A DNA stretch of 63,214 bases, filler included, from Octopus bimaculoides (GCF_001194135.2; 6 parts of 6 records of this genome joined end to end with filler, not necessarily neighbours in it); one strand, 5' to 3'; shown: positions 37,286 to 51,504, counted from the first letter of the whole stretch. The notes: a model not told the origin generated them from the letters alone. A program made the numbers and translations.

Positions 37286-40120
37286 GTCACTCTCTTCTCC
37301 CTCCCTCCCCCTCTCTCTCTATCCATCTCCGTCTCTTTCTCTCTATTCGTCTTACCCTGCTAGCCTAGCTTCTTTCTCTTCTAACATTCAACAGTGTTTC
37401 CTCAACTGCCAGAGAAAATAAACATTACAAAAGATTTTAGAATAGCTTTTATAATTAATCCTAATCATTTCAATGCAAAACAGTAATAAGAGCTTCATAG
37501 TGTGTGTGAATGCATTTGCACATACACACTTACACACACACACACACATATTTATGAGTGCTGTGTGTATGTGTATGGATGTATGTATATGATATGGTAT
37601 CTATAATGTATCTATGGATACATATATGTATACATGTATGATATGTATATTTGTGTGTATGTGTGTGTGTTTATGCATGTATAATAAATGTATAATGTGT
37701 GCTATGTTCAGCTTTTAACCAGTCAGTAATGGTTCTCTAATCGATCTTTGTGAACTATTTTTGATTCTTGATGATTTTGTGTAGGTGTTAATGAAATCAT
37801 TCACACAAGTATTAATATTGCTTTCTGCCAAACTCCCATATCATTTTCCTCTCGTGCAAAAATGACATTCAAGGTTCATTTACTTTGTTACTATATACAC
37901 ACATACATATACATATATATACACACATACCCACACATATATCTAAATAATAATACGCACATTATATATATGCCTATATATATATATATATTTACATGTT
38001 TGTGTGTGTCTGTGTCACACAGATCTCAGACTATAAAAAAACCTTTTTTACGTTTTTAAGCTTTTGAACTGGAAGGAAATTATTATCAAGATAATTTACT
38101 GATTTATTGACTTCAATTTTTATTCTCTTCAGCCAGAATTTACCATGGGATTTCTTGGATTAAGTGGATTTTTTTTGCTAAGACTTGAAGGCAACTATCA
38201 AACCTATGACAAGTACAAAATTAAATTCCTGGTATAAAGTTTATGTCAATTACACATCAAAGCTTATAATAAAGCATTTGTTTCTTAAATTCTAAAATTT
38301 GTTTCATTCGTTTCTTAAATTTTATTCTAATTTCCATTTTATATTCACCAATTTATATAATTAGTTTTATTTCACTAACTTGTGTTACACATTGTTCACT
38401 AATAGGTAGAATGTATGCAAAAGGGGTAAGGATTTATTTGTTAATTTTCTCACCTATCACAACATCCCAAATTGCATTCAAGCACATGATGTAGAATATG
38501 ATGAAACAAACACTTTTCACCTATTTCTCTCACCTATTGTAGTGTTGACTTCAAGGAAGATAAATGTTGGCTGTTCAGTATTGCAGCCAGCTGCAAGGTT
38601 CATTGACCTGAGATGAGTATTTGTAAATGGTTTGCAACTATAAGATAACAGTAATAATTGTTTAAGTATTTTAGATGTTTTATCTAAACATGATACAATC
38701 ATGTGAAAACAAATCAATGTCACAGCTGTAAAAGAGATTAAGGCATACAAATTCTCGTAAATAAATGTAGAAGTTTTGTTGGTCCTTTGGGAATAAGAAA
38801 ACCAAAGAGGTGTATGTTGCTGAACTTGTTAAATAAAACAAAGACGAATGTTTTAGGCAGAGATTTTATTATATGTAACAATATACACAGCTCATTTAAA
38901 TTTTGAATCATGCTTATACTGACCATTTTCAGTCTCTTGTTAAGTTTGTATGTCTGTAATATAATCCGTAACTCAGAGTTTAAGACATGTTTATTTGTCT
39001 TTCTACTTGCAGTTTGCAGTTCATCGTTACAAATGAACAATTCATGTTGTACATATACTGGTGTAGGATTGGTGAAGTTTTGGCTAAGCAAAGCGAAATT
39101 AGATGTTTATAATATTCAAATACATTAATTTATAACATTAAAATATGCGTTGAGCATATATATCCTTATTATAAATAATTACTGTTGGAAAATCAAGACA
39201 AATATATGTGTGCTCTAATCATACTAGAATTAGCTAAGGTTTCCATTAGGGTAATATATCATCTTGGGACAACAGTTATTCCAGGTAATGATTGCTTCCC
39301 TAATATTTTATTCAGATCTAGAGTTTCCAAGTTTGGTTCTTTTTCCTAGTTGATCTGCAAAATACTACTACTACTACTAATAATAATAATAATAATAATA
39401 ATAATGATAATAATAATGATAGGCACAATAATATGAAAGTGTTTCAAATGTTGGCACGAAGCCTGTAATTTTAAGGGATGGCAGCCTAGTTGATTACAAA
39501 AGTAACCAGAACATTATTTTCCTAATTTAATTTCATCAGTTTATTTATCATATTATTATGTGCAACATAACAATCTATAAAAGGTTGAATATATTTTTTT
39601 ATGTTTCCCTTCGAAAGCATGGTTCAATACCTTATTTATGAGGTCACTCTAAATATGAGGCTAATTTATTCCTTGTTTTTTTTTTTTGTTTTGTTTTTTA
39701 TCTGCTACTGAAACCAGTTTTACTGATGCAATTGTCTTGATATTTGTTCAATAATGCTGGAATATATCGGTTTTTTTTTTACTATTATATTTGCAGCAGC
39801 CTAATAAGAAAAGCACATTTTGAGATTTTTAGTCAAGAATATTTTTAAACACTAACTTCTAGTCTCTATGATGCTATCCAGTATTTCGAAGGAGTTTCCC
39901 AATGGCAGAGTATATGATTGTCTTCTTAGAAAAATTGGAATATCTTTTGGTTATTCTTATTCATTTATTTGTGTTAGATGTCAGGACAATTGACAACACA
40001 AACTGTTTGGATTAGGGCAAAGGATCTTTTTGCCCCCTATGATATATAAATATACATACACACACAAATATATATACACATGCACACACATAGATACATA
40101 TACATACAAACACATATACA

Positions 40121-40162
<42 letters not shown>

Positions 40163-40579
40163 NNNNNNNNNNNNNNNNNNNNNNNNNNNNNNNNNNNNNN
40201 NNNNNNNNNNNNNNNNNNNNNNNNNNNNNNNNNNNNNNNNNNNNNNNNNNNNNNNNNNNNNNNNNNNNNNNNNNNNNNNNNNNNNNNNNNNNNNNNNNNN
40301 NNNNNNNNNNNNNNNNNNNNNNNNNNNNNNNNNNNNNNNNNNNNNNNNNNNNNNNNNNNNNNNNNNNNNNNNNNNNNNNNNNNNNNNNNNNNNNNNNNNN
40401 NNNNNNNNNNNNNNNNNNNNNNNNNNNNNNNNNNNNNNNNNNNNNNNNNNNNNNNNNNNNNNNNNNNNNNNNNNNNNNNNNNNNNNNNNNNNNNNNNNNN
40501 NNNNNNNNNNNNNNNNNNNNNNNNNNNNNNNNNNNNNNNNNNNNNNNNNNNNNNNNNNNNNNNNNNNNNNNNNNNNNNN

Positions 40580-40664
<85 letters not shown>

Positions 40665-41637
40665 ATGTATGTATGTATATATATTTTTTAGGCAGGACAA
40701 AGGCAGTGTCCATGACACTTTACAGGACCATTGAGCCTGGTGAGAGGGAGAAAGGAAGGTGTTGTCAAACTGGAATCATGGCCCAAATATTTGCAACAGA
40801 GTGGACTCTACTGATGGCACCCAAGAACCGGGTATTAACTGATTTAGTTTGTGACCCAAGTAGACCAAGGCAGGACTTGAACTCAGAATGCAACCAGTTT
40901 GAACAAATGCTGTCATGTATCAGGTCTGATGCTCTTACTTCTGCCAATTCACTACTGTAGACTGGTACTTTGTTATTAACTCTAAACTCAAAAGTGGATA
41001 CTGCTGTGTGGGGAAACAGAGGATCATGATTGTTCCTGTTCTACCATGTCTGCAGTGTGCCCCCAAGAATGATAAAAATATTCACAGGTGGTGGTATTTC
41101 ATTGTTGTAGATGTACATGATACTACAACCATTATAACAAAAGTCACACTTTCTGTTTATGGTTTCAAAAAGTTTGCATCTTCACTTTTGCTGAGAAAAA
41201 AAGAAAGGCAACTAAAACAGAAAAAATACCCATACACCAAATTTTATAGTGACAAATACTTCTGCAGCATGTGGGTCTTTCTCTAAATGTCTGAAAATAT
41301 TAAACTAGTGAGAAATAAACAAATAACAAATTTAGCCATTGTCTACAAACACTGCAGTTCTCAAGAGTAACCTTCTTCCATGTACATTTGCATAATTATG
41401 CAAATACTGATATATATATATATATACACTTGCATAATTCAATTGGATGGTGATTGTCCTAAATTCTTCCACCATTTAGCAGAGTTTGTATTTCATTCTG
41501 CAGTGTCCAAAAATTAACCTCCTTGTCATGTAGGGTCAGTAGAATTTTGGTGGGAGTTACCCGTTTAGTCTCCAACAGTTTTCCCATGTAACAGGTTTGT
41601 AGTGGGTTACATGTTGCCAGTAGCATTCACAAGTAAC

Positions 41638-41687
<50 letters not shown>

Positions 41688-42658
41688 TATGTATGCTTAT
41701 ACATACATACATACATACATACATACATACATACATTCATACATAAACACACACATATATATATAGCTCTATATTCTTTTACTGTTTTCGCTTATTGAGC
41801 TATACCCATGCTGGAACACCACCATCAAGGTTTAGTTATTTATACTGATATTTATTGTATCAACTTAGAGTGAGAGAAAGTTGTGTGGAGACATAACTAG
41901 AACGTAAAGTAATGTAATGAAATTTCACAAGTTGTCTTGTTTGATACCCTGTCTTCATTCTTCACTAATATATCTCTTTCTTTTCTCTTTTATCTCTTTT
42001 CCTTTTTTTTTTTTTTTCATTATACATACACAACACACATTATTATACATCATATTACAATACAAAACTAATATACAGTTATGACTGCTTTTATATTTTC
42101 TTTTACATTGTTCATGTTGATTATGGAGATGGTTTTAAGAGGGCCAAAGGATTATTCCAGTAGAATCCAACATGGACTCAGACTTTATCATCACTGAGTA
42201 TCTTGTGAAATAAATACTACTGTTGGCCATAGCTGTGCAGTAAATAAGAAATTCATTGTTGGATAACTACTAGCATGTTCATTCTTGTTTTCTATTCTTG
42301 AACGGTTGTCCATAAATGTATATGTTTAATATGTACATGCATATATCAGTCTTACAGCCAAATGGCTTTTTTTTATATGTATATTTTATTTTATTGTGTT
42401 TGTTTTCATCATTATCCTGTACATTTGTTAGTTATTCCCGGTGACTTTTCTCCACTAGCACCACCAAAAGTGAACAATATCAATGTTAAAAGTGTGAAAT
42501 TGTAATGATCTTTTGGACATTGACTGATAAAAAATTAGCTATGAATTTTCTGTTTGGTGTGTTTTTGTTGAAATATATATATATATATATATATATATAG
42601 TTGAATAATATATGTATTTAAGTCATTAATATATTTTTCTTTCTCTTTCATTTTTCAG

Positions 42659-42724
42659 GGTAACAAGATATTGTTGCCAAGTCAATGGTGTGTCATTGCT
42701 GACAGGCGGAGGTGATTTCTTAGA
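42659..42724 (+). other. 5' UTR part of the first coding exon of the KIAA0513-like gene
   Basis: Strong acceptor TTTTTCTTTCTCTTTCATTTTTCAG ends at 42658 and an in-frame stop lies upstream of the ATG, implying at least one upstream non-coding exon. Confidence 0.7.
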
Positions 42725-45519
42725 ATGGATTTAGGATTTTTTGGTAAAAAAGTTCCTGGAAATCCAGTTGGTGCCGGATTTGGATCGAGTTTCTTTGCAG
42801 GAACATCCAACTTTCTGAATTCTGTCACTGCTAAAAAGGACGGAATATTTAGTGATTTGTCAAATAAAGTTGACTCATTTATTAAAGGAGAAGAAATACC
42901 AGCAAATGTTGGGCAACCTGCCTTCAACAGAAATCCTCCGCGAAATGTACCACCACAACATCCTACTGCACATGGCCAACAGCGTCCACTTGGTTTTCCT
43001 CCAATAGTTCCAGGAAGCCAACCACGAGGGATAACACCACAACAAGGGTTTCCACCTGTTCTGCCAGATCCCAAATTAGCTCGGCAACAAGGTATACCCA
43101 CACCACGAATTGGTGTTCCTCTAGGACTAAAGGCGACACCCCCTCCAACAACTAGTCTCCAAAGCAAACCTCTAGATAAAGTTGATATTTCAGCCACTCG
43201 CAGAGATCTTAAAGACCCTGTTTCTGAAAGAAATGATGTAAATATTCCTCATGATGAAGCTCAAAGAGATAGCAGTTTATCTGAGAGTTCTCAATCAAGG
43301 TTAGCTTCTAGCCAAGTCAAACCTGGCCAGAAAGCTGGACCCCAAACCCAAGGTCAGCCTGGACAATATCAACAAAAGACTGGTGAACGACCTTCTCAAA
43401 AATCAGCTGCTGACAGGCAGAGAACTTCTCCTTCTGCTGAACAAACCCTAAGGTCATCTCCAACTCCAGCTGAAAGACAAAAACTAACTGACCGGCGAGG
43501 TCAAAGACCAGGAAGTTCACAAAGTGACCGCTTGGGACAAGGTCAGAAATCTACTCCACCTTTAACAGAACGACAACAACAGAAAGCTCATTCTGAAAGA
43601 CAGGGACAAAGGTCATCACCTCAACCAACAGAACGCCACAGTCGATCATCTCCACCACAAGGCCAGCGAGCAAAACCAGAACCAGAACGTCGTCTTTCAA
43701 GATCAGGACAAGAACTAAGTATCACTGAACGACAAGGTGTACGGCAAGGACAGGAACCAATAGAGCGTTTTCGTGACCAACGATCAGGTGGGGAACCAAT
43801 AGCTCGTCGTACATCACGAGGTAGTCAGGAACTTACTGAACGTCATAGGTCTGGACAAGATCTAACTGACCATCGAGGTCAAAGAATTAGTCAAGATTCA
43901 TTAGAAAGGTATGGACCTAAAGGTCAAGAGATATTAGACAGACAGAGATTAGAATCTTTAGATCATACTGGTAGGCAAATTCAAAGATCTCAGGACCCTC
44001 TTGACCGCCATCAAAGGACAACTTTAGACCAATCAGAACGTCATAGGATTTCTGATTCATCAGACCCACATAAAATTAGTTTAGGTGATTCTCGAGGTTA
44101 TTCGGAATCTATAGATCGATATTCACAACGTACAACACCTGCTGCTCAGACAAGATCCGGTCAAGATACAAGTCATCGTCGAAGTGAAAGATCGTCTCCA
44201 ATACCAGCTCAAAGGCGTAGCCAAAGATCATCTCCAGAACCTTTGCAGCGGCGTAGCCAAAGATTAGATCAGGAACATGATATTACTACAAAATCAGGAT
44301 CAACCCTTAGAAGCCAAAAATCTACAGAATTCCATAGTCAAAGAACAATACCAGATGGAGCAGATCGACATAGTCACCGTTTAGACAGAGATTCCCTTGA
44401 CCGATATAGTCAAAGATCAATAGATGATTCTTCAGATCGTTATGGACTGAGGGGAGACAGGGAAATAGAGCGATATAACCAGAGATCAATTGAAGAATCA
44501 GCTTCCCGGCAGGGCCAAAGAACAGCACCCCCTCTCTCCTCTCGCCAGCGATCAAGTTCAGATTACTATGACCAACACTCATCACCAGAACCTGCTGATC
44601 GACCTCGAGTTTCACGGCAAACTCAAAGAGTAGCTGATGATCCAGAACGTAGTGTTCTTAGATCCCCATCATCTGAGGCTGAATATTACCATAGTCACCG
44701 GCCAGCCCCTCCCCTCCCTGATAAACATACACAGAAAGTAGCTCCCGAACCAACCAGACGGCAATCTCAAAGGACTGATAGAGAATCTGATTACTACCGT
44801 CACAGATCTGATCACGGTATTGCAAAGCCAACACCCATTCCTGCTGACCGTCATCGATCTGCTTTTAAACCAATTGAACGACCTGGCCGGAGATCAGCAC
44901 CAAGATTAGGCGAATATAGTGATCGAGAGTCGACTGAACACCAGCAGCGAACTACTGCAAGTGGTAGGTTATCAGAACCATCAGAGCGAATTCTTCGATC
45001 ACCATCGTCTGAAGACTTAGAGCGAGAAATGGATGAAAAAAGAGGAGGGAAATTTGCCTCAGGGCGTCGCCGATCTAGTACAGTTGATGAAATGCTGTTT
45101 GATGATTACGTTGAGCCACCTGAAGATCAGACTGAAGCACCAGCATCAGAAGCAGCTGAAACGGCTAGTAGACGCCGAACTCTCATGCCCATGGGAGATC
45201 TGATTTCTTTTGATGAAGAGGATCAGCGGAGAGGCTATAGTGAGAGGCGTCACAAGCCAACCGCAGCTAAAAGGAAGACTGACCGCCGTCGACTCAGCCC
45301 TGATTCTTCTGATGGGGGATATGGCGGAGAGGCTGGACGACACTCAAGCATCGATTCATCCGGAGATGAATTCGGTGGAGAGCCTTACCACCGTTCTCTA
45401 TCTATGGAATCAGAGCAGTCATGGGATTCTACTTATAGCATTGAAAGCCAGCCTGATGACATCACTCTGGAATGCATGGAGTTTATGAAAATGTTTGTAG
45501 AAAAAATATTCTTGTTGAA
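42725..45519 (+). CDS. KIAA0513: KIAA0513-like protein, first coding exon (931 codons + 2 nt; long disordered N-terminus, start of SBF2-type domain)
   Basis: Uninterrupted 2.8-kb ORF. Acceptor (pyrimidine tract + CAG ending 42658) gives an exon start at 42659; in-frame TGA at 42713-42715 precedes ATG 42725. Donor AA|GTAAGT at 45520 (phase 2). C-terminal SMESEQSWDSTYSIESQPDDITLECMEFMKMFVEKIF resembles the KIAA0513 segment before its conserved domain (recognised from memory, not searched). Confidence 0.9.
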
Positions 45520-46581
45520 GTAAGTTTAAAATTTATTACTTGAAAATTTGAAAGGAATATGTTTTTTTGTTTTTTTTTGTTTTCATTTGAGGTTTGAAAC
45601 CTTTTCTTTTCTAAATTTGGGATAAAGTAAATAGTTTTTCTGTGATTCTACACATGATGTGTAGTTAAATACTGCTTTTTAATGGGGACTTATTAAATGA
45701 AAATTAGTAACAAATTGTATTAATAACTAAAAGCTATACTTAATAATAAAACAGCTTCTAGCTAAAACTAAAGAAATAAATAGCTCCCTGAATTACAAGT
45801 TTAATGTGAATATATATTTGTTGTACTAAAGTGTTAGCATTGAAAATTCCAAGTACCAAATTTTAGTGTTGTCTAGGGAAATACTTTCTGCGTCATCCTA
45901 GAATCATACATACAGATAATTATCAAGTTTGGCATAGATTAAAGTTTCAAAATAAAGCATTTCATAACATTATATTCTATAAGTGTTAAATGAAAATGTC
46001 TTGGTGTGTTTACTGAGACTAAAGGTTTGGGGCTGAAAGTATTTTCATCTTTAGTTTTATGTATGTTTTTTTTTTTTAGCCTGGTATAGGTTACATATAA
46101 TTTATTATTGTGCATCTAAAGCCTTTGTCTAGCTGGTTGTTATTCTTTAATTTCTAACAATTTTATTAGAAACCTGTATCCATGTTATTTATATGAATAA
46201 AACAAGTATTTAAGACTAAAAGTTAATCACAGACTTGTTTAGATGAAATCTATAGTTTTTAAAAATTTTAATCTTAGATATAGTTAGATAAAAACATTTT
46301 TATATCAAAATTGTATACATTATTCATTATATATATATATATATATATATATATTCTATGTATGTGTACGTATGCATATATATGTGTGTGTGTGTGTGTG
46401 TGTGTAAAAAGGAATTTATTTATAGTTATGAGATGAACTTCAGTTTTTCTACACCACACATCCAAAAGCACACAGCAGAACTGCATTCTCATGTAGCCAT
46501 GTAGAAAATTGAATACATTTCAAATTGACTGTTTCAGTAAGTGTTAATGTAATTCATCTTTCTTTGTTTAACTCTTAATAG

Positions 46582-46675
46582 TGAAGAGATTTCTCAAACA
46601 GAGAAAGCAAAATTTGGGGAACTTTGCCAACATCAACCAGGAAGAATTTGGTTTGCCAGATATGTCAACTCTCAA
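46582..46675 (+). CDS. KIAA0513: KIAA0513-like coding exon 2
   Basis: TAATAG| acceptor and CAA|GTAAG donor. 94 nt completes phase 2 (AA+T=Asn) and reads EEISQTEKAKFGELCQHQPGRIWFARYVNSQ, matching the KIAA0513 EKARFGE..GREWFARYVSAQ pattern. Confidence 0.92.
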
Positions 46676-47745
46676 GTAAGCTTTGATTTATCATTTATTC
46701 TTATGTATTTTGTGAAAGTTAATCAATCAGTAGTTCTCTTACTTAGTGCCAATAAATTTACACCCTAGTATGTTTACTTAGTGACTTGCTCAGTAAAACT
46801 TCATCATATTTAATGCTAATATGCATGTACAATGCAGAAATTATTGATTATGCAAATGCATTAAGCACTACCTTTCAGCTCATTGCCATGGCTATTTTTA
46901 AGCACATTTCCATTGATTTTAAATGATTTCCTCTGCATGATTTTATTTGTAGTGTTTTTATTTTCCAGTCATTCAACTTTTCTTTTTATCAACATTTTCT
47001 GATATTGTAGTAACCAAAAGTAAATATAACAGCAATTCTCCATCCAGTAAGTTATATTATTTCAGAATGCGAGTTGATACAAGTATCGCTAACAATGAAA
47101 CTGATTTTCATTAGCTTATATAAACAATGGGTAATAACCACCAGTATAGAAAATGGTTCATAAATTTTATCACCTTAAGATATTTACTTTCAAAGAAAAA
47201 GCAGTGTTATCTTAGTATCAGAGTATTCATTTTTCATAAACACATATTTAGAGACTTGACATTTACTAATAAATATGTATATCTATCCTTGGTAGTTTTT
47301 CCCTTTTTTTCCCCCCATTAAACATCAATAATCTAACACCTGACATTAATGCTCATATACATTTATTATGATCCTCAATAATTATGAAATGATTGTTCTC
47401 AGAAACATTAATTCACTTTCCAAGAGAATAGCTATTGAAATATATTTAACATTAGTTAAACGGAAACTATTTTTATAAAGAAATAAATTACACTTTTTTA
47501 TCCTGTAAAATCCCTTGACAATTTACATTAGATTTTAAGCAAATATTTTTACAGTTTTCTTTTATTTAGTTAGTGGGAAGCCCTTTCAGACAGCTCTATT
47601 TATGGCTTGAGTCACACTAATTGAAATCAAAGTTTGGGTTACAATTTCACTTCAAATTGATGGTCTGAAAAAAAATAGATATGGTCTAAAGGTACACATC
47701 TGTCCAAAAATTATATATTTAGTACTCATTTCCTTCCTTTTACAG

Positions 47746-47890
47746 AGAGTGCACAACAAGAGAGTTGATGAACAGATTTTCTTCCGTCTAGTCCAATATT
47801 TCTCAGTGGTATTATTTGAATGTCACATGGCAGAGGACTATACCCCAGCAAAGTCATTAATGAATATGTGTTTCACATTTTTCTATGAAA
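47746..47890 (+). CDS. KIAA0513: KIAA0513-like coding exon 3
   Basis: TTTTACAG| acceptor and A|GTAAGT donor. 145 nt, phase 0 to 1, reads RVHNKRVDEQIFFRLVQYFSVVLFECHMAEDYTPAKSLMNMCFTFFYE, matching KIAA0513 FYRLVQSFAVVLFECH..DDFGPAKNLMTMCFTYY. Confidence 0.92.
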
Positions 47891-49785
47891 GTAAGTGATA
47901 TATTTCTTTTTCCATTGTTTATTCCTTAAGCAATTCCTATGTTTTTATCTATGTTTTCCTGGGAAACATTTTGGTTTTAGCTGTTACTTCACCCCTTTCT
48001 TGCCATAAATATTTAACTAAATATTCTGTAAAACTAATTGATTTAAATATTCATTTATTTTGTTATTGATTTATCACATACAGAAGCAACCAAATATATC
48101 CTATTTCACGAGAAATTGGGCAGCATTTGAATATATTTTTTATACCACACACCTTAAAATTGTTATAATTTTTAAAACACATTACCTACTTCTGAAGTTC
48201 AGTTTTGAACATTTTTTTATATTTTAACCTTAAAGCATGCTATGGCTATAACTATTTCAATAACAATCTATTTTTGTAATTCTTTCAAAAGATGTGGGGT
48301 GAGAATTTGTCTGCAAGACATAATGACTAAGGATATTAATTTAATGTTTATAGATTAAAATATTATTTTGATATTTATCTATGGTAATATATATTGCACA
48401 GACTTATTCAGACAATCTACTGTCAAGGTGTAAAACACTAAAATTTCAGGATGGTTTTTAAATCATGTTGATATTATGAATAAGATAGGAATGCAGAAAT
48501 GTTTAAAAATGAAAGTAATTATTACTTTGCCTATACCTTTCTTTATACTCTGAAACTACTCCAATTTACCTCAAAGGTAATTCACACTCTTAATAAGATT
48601 ATTCTTTACTAACAATGATATTAATTAATCAGAATGAAATTTCTTAATGATTAATACAAATTCCTACTTTTCATTATCAATTGTTAAATTACACAGAATA
48701 CTTTCATTAACTGTTAAAGAAAATATATTTCGTCTGGAATAATTGATCAAAATTTTGTTACCTGTTGTAACAAATTTTTAAAAAAACTCAAATCCATCAT
48801 TTATGCTCAATGTCCAAACTGTTTATTCATTTCCAAAGGTCAATTAAATAACCCTACCCTATGTACTGTTTATGCATTAAATTATTAGGACTTTTAAACT
48901 ATCTTTAAAATTTTCTCTTAAGAAATAGAAAATTTTAGGAAGTCTATAACTTGTTATAATTATAAAAATCCCAAAGAGTTGCAGTGATGTTATTCTGTTG
49001 CTTCTGCTTTTCCCAATAACACTTTATTTGTTGTGTCAGTTTAATATAAAAGGTTATTAAACACTGAATGATCCACCTTATTCATTGTTTTGTATAAAAC
49101 TACACAGTACATAAAATGTATTATTTGGTCTTTAGATAGATCCAAAGATTTTTCTTTTTGTTCATTGTGTCACTTCTTAAATATATTCCAACTGTCACTT
49201 TATACACCTTATTCTTTTTATCTTTTTCTGTTAATGGATTGTAAAAGTATATGAAATGAAAGCACTATTGCTGCAGATGTTGTTAATGATGATGATGTGT
49301 CCTTGTACATGACCAATGAAAATATCATGTGATATATATATGTACATATGTAATGAATATTACCAAAAAGAAATAAACCTGTTGTGGAAATTAAGAAATG
49401 AACAAATAGTAAGGTTGAATATGAAATTTCTATCATCTCTCTCAGTGATTTAGAAATTCAACATATCAGGTAACATCAAAATTGCTTAACTTTTTCATTA
49501 GTCCATGATCCAAAAATGTAAAACTGCTTAAACCAGCATTGTATTTTGACCAAATATATATAATCCAGGAATAATTTATCTCACATACAGTATTTATATA
49601 TTTATCTCACATACAGTAATATATACATACATAGACACCACACATATGTGTGTATATATATTTATGAGAAAAGTTTTAAAGAGGCTTTAATTGAATAATA
49701 ACTGTTAAGAAATGAAAGACATTATTCCTTGTCCTATATCAACTTTATTCTCATTTCCAATAATAATAATAATAATAATAATAAT

Positions 49786-50010
49786 GGTTTCTAATTTAGA
49801 CACAAGGCCAACAGATTTGCAGGGAACAGGGATTAATCAACACAGTAAATCACAGTGTTAGATTGGTACTTGTTTATTTTATCAAACCATCAAAATAATG
49901 AAAGGGAAAGTTGACCTCAGCAGCATTTGAAGGCAGAACATAAAGAGCCTGAAGAAATAGCACAAAGCAATTTTTTTCTGACACTCTAATGATTCTGCCA
50001 GCTTGGTACC

Positions 50011-50012
<2 letters not shown>
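49786..50012 (-). mobile_element. SINE family A flanked on both sides by (TAA)n
   Basis: Family-A core; TAA arrays at about 49760-49785 and 50013-50140. Confidence 0.85.
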
Positions 50013-50050
<38 letters not shown>

Positions 50051-51167
50051 TGAAGATAATGATGATAATAATAATAACAATAATAATGATGATAATAATA
50101 ATAATGCTGATGATGATAATAATAATAATAATAATAACGACAACAGCAACCCTAGCATCACTTTGACAACATGTTCTGCCCTCTCACTCAATAATATAAT
50201 TTCATTTTAGAAAATATCTGCTCTTCCAGCATAAAGTTTTCAAAATCTATTTTAAGTCAATACATAACCTGAATCTGTCCTACTTAATTATTTAAAGACC
50301 TGTTTACCCAAAGAAAGCAATTTTGTAACAATTATCTATTCAAGGATTTTGATGCTTAAAGACTTATATTTTAATCTCATTATTTGTACGATGTCACACC
50401 TTTCAGCAGGTTTATTTCTTCTGGTTTTATTTTTAAATGTATTTCTTGTGGTAACTCAGTCAAATTACCTGTATGTTCACTCAATCTTTTTATTCTTCTG
50501 CATTTTATAAGCAACAATTTATATGATTATTTCTTTCATTAGTAAGATCATTATTTCCAACATGATCAACATCATGATGGTCGAAATGTCAATGATAATG
50601 TATTCAGTATATAACTATGTATATGTTTGTAATTATATATAATTCATTAGACAGAAACATAAAGTGATGCATTGAGTCCCTTAGACGCAAATGCAGAATG
50701 GCTTTGAATTCAAAATTTCAAGACTAATTGATCACCAGACAAGCTCTTGATGACAACATGTCACATTCACAATCACTCTGTACTTTTGTCTAATGAATTA
50801 ATGAGATTCTACATTTGTATAAAGCCCTTATTTTGTGAGTGTTACATGTTTTTGATAGTTTTTTGTAGTAAAAAAAGCAAACTACTTACTACAATAGAAT
50901 TATGTGTATGTATGTATATATATATATATATGTGTGTGTATAAATTTGTACGTGTATATATTTGTGTGTGCAAGTATATGATAATGGTAAGAAGTGTATG
51001 TGTATATATGTTTGTATATATTCATTTATATATGTGTATAAATGTGTACATATATATATTTGTATGTGCAGGTATATGATGATGATAGGATGTATATGTG
51101 TATATGTCTGTGTGTGTATAAATATGTGTATGTATGTATGTATACATATATATATATTTACACACAC

Positions 51168-51222
<55 letters not shown>

Positions 51223-51322
51223 NNNNNNNNNNNNNNNNNNNNNNNNNNNNNNNNNNNNNNNNNNNNTTAATTAATTAANNNNNNNNNNNNNNNNNNNNNN
51301 NNNNNNNNNNNNNNNNNNNNNN

Positions 51323-51358
<36 letters not shown>

Positions 51359-51467
51359 TATCCTTTTGTGTGTGTGTGTTAGTGTTTACATATCTATGTA
51401 CATACATGTATGTGCATGTGTGTCGGTGTGGGTCTGCACAGCTAACTATAATATACATAAAGTTAGG

Positions 51468-51504
<37 letters not shown>

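Noticed and set aside
42682-43197. 171-aa antisense ORF and other short ORFs overlapping the large exon
   Set aside because: Shadow ORFs of the GC-richer coding strand with no recognisable motifs.
45520-45523. ORF track ends the 932-aa protein at TAA 45521-45523
   Set aside because: The stop is part of the GTAAGT donor; the next two exons continue the conserved domain in phase.
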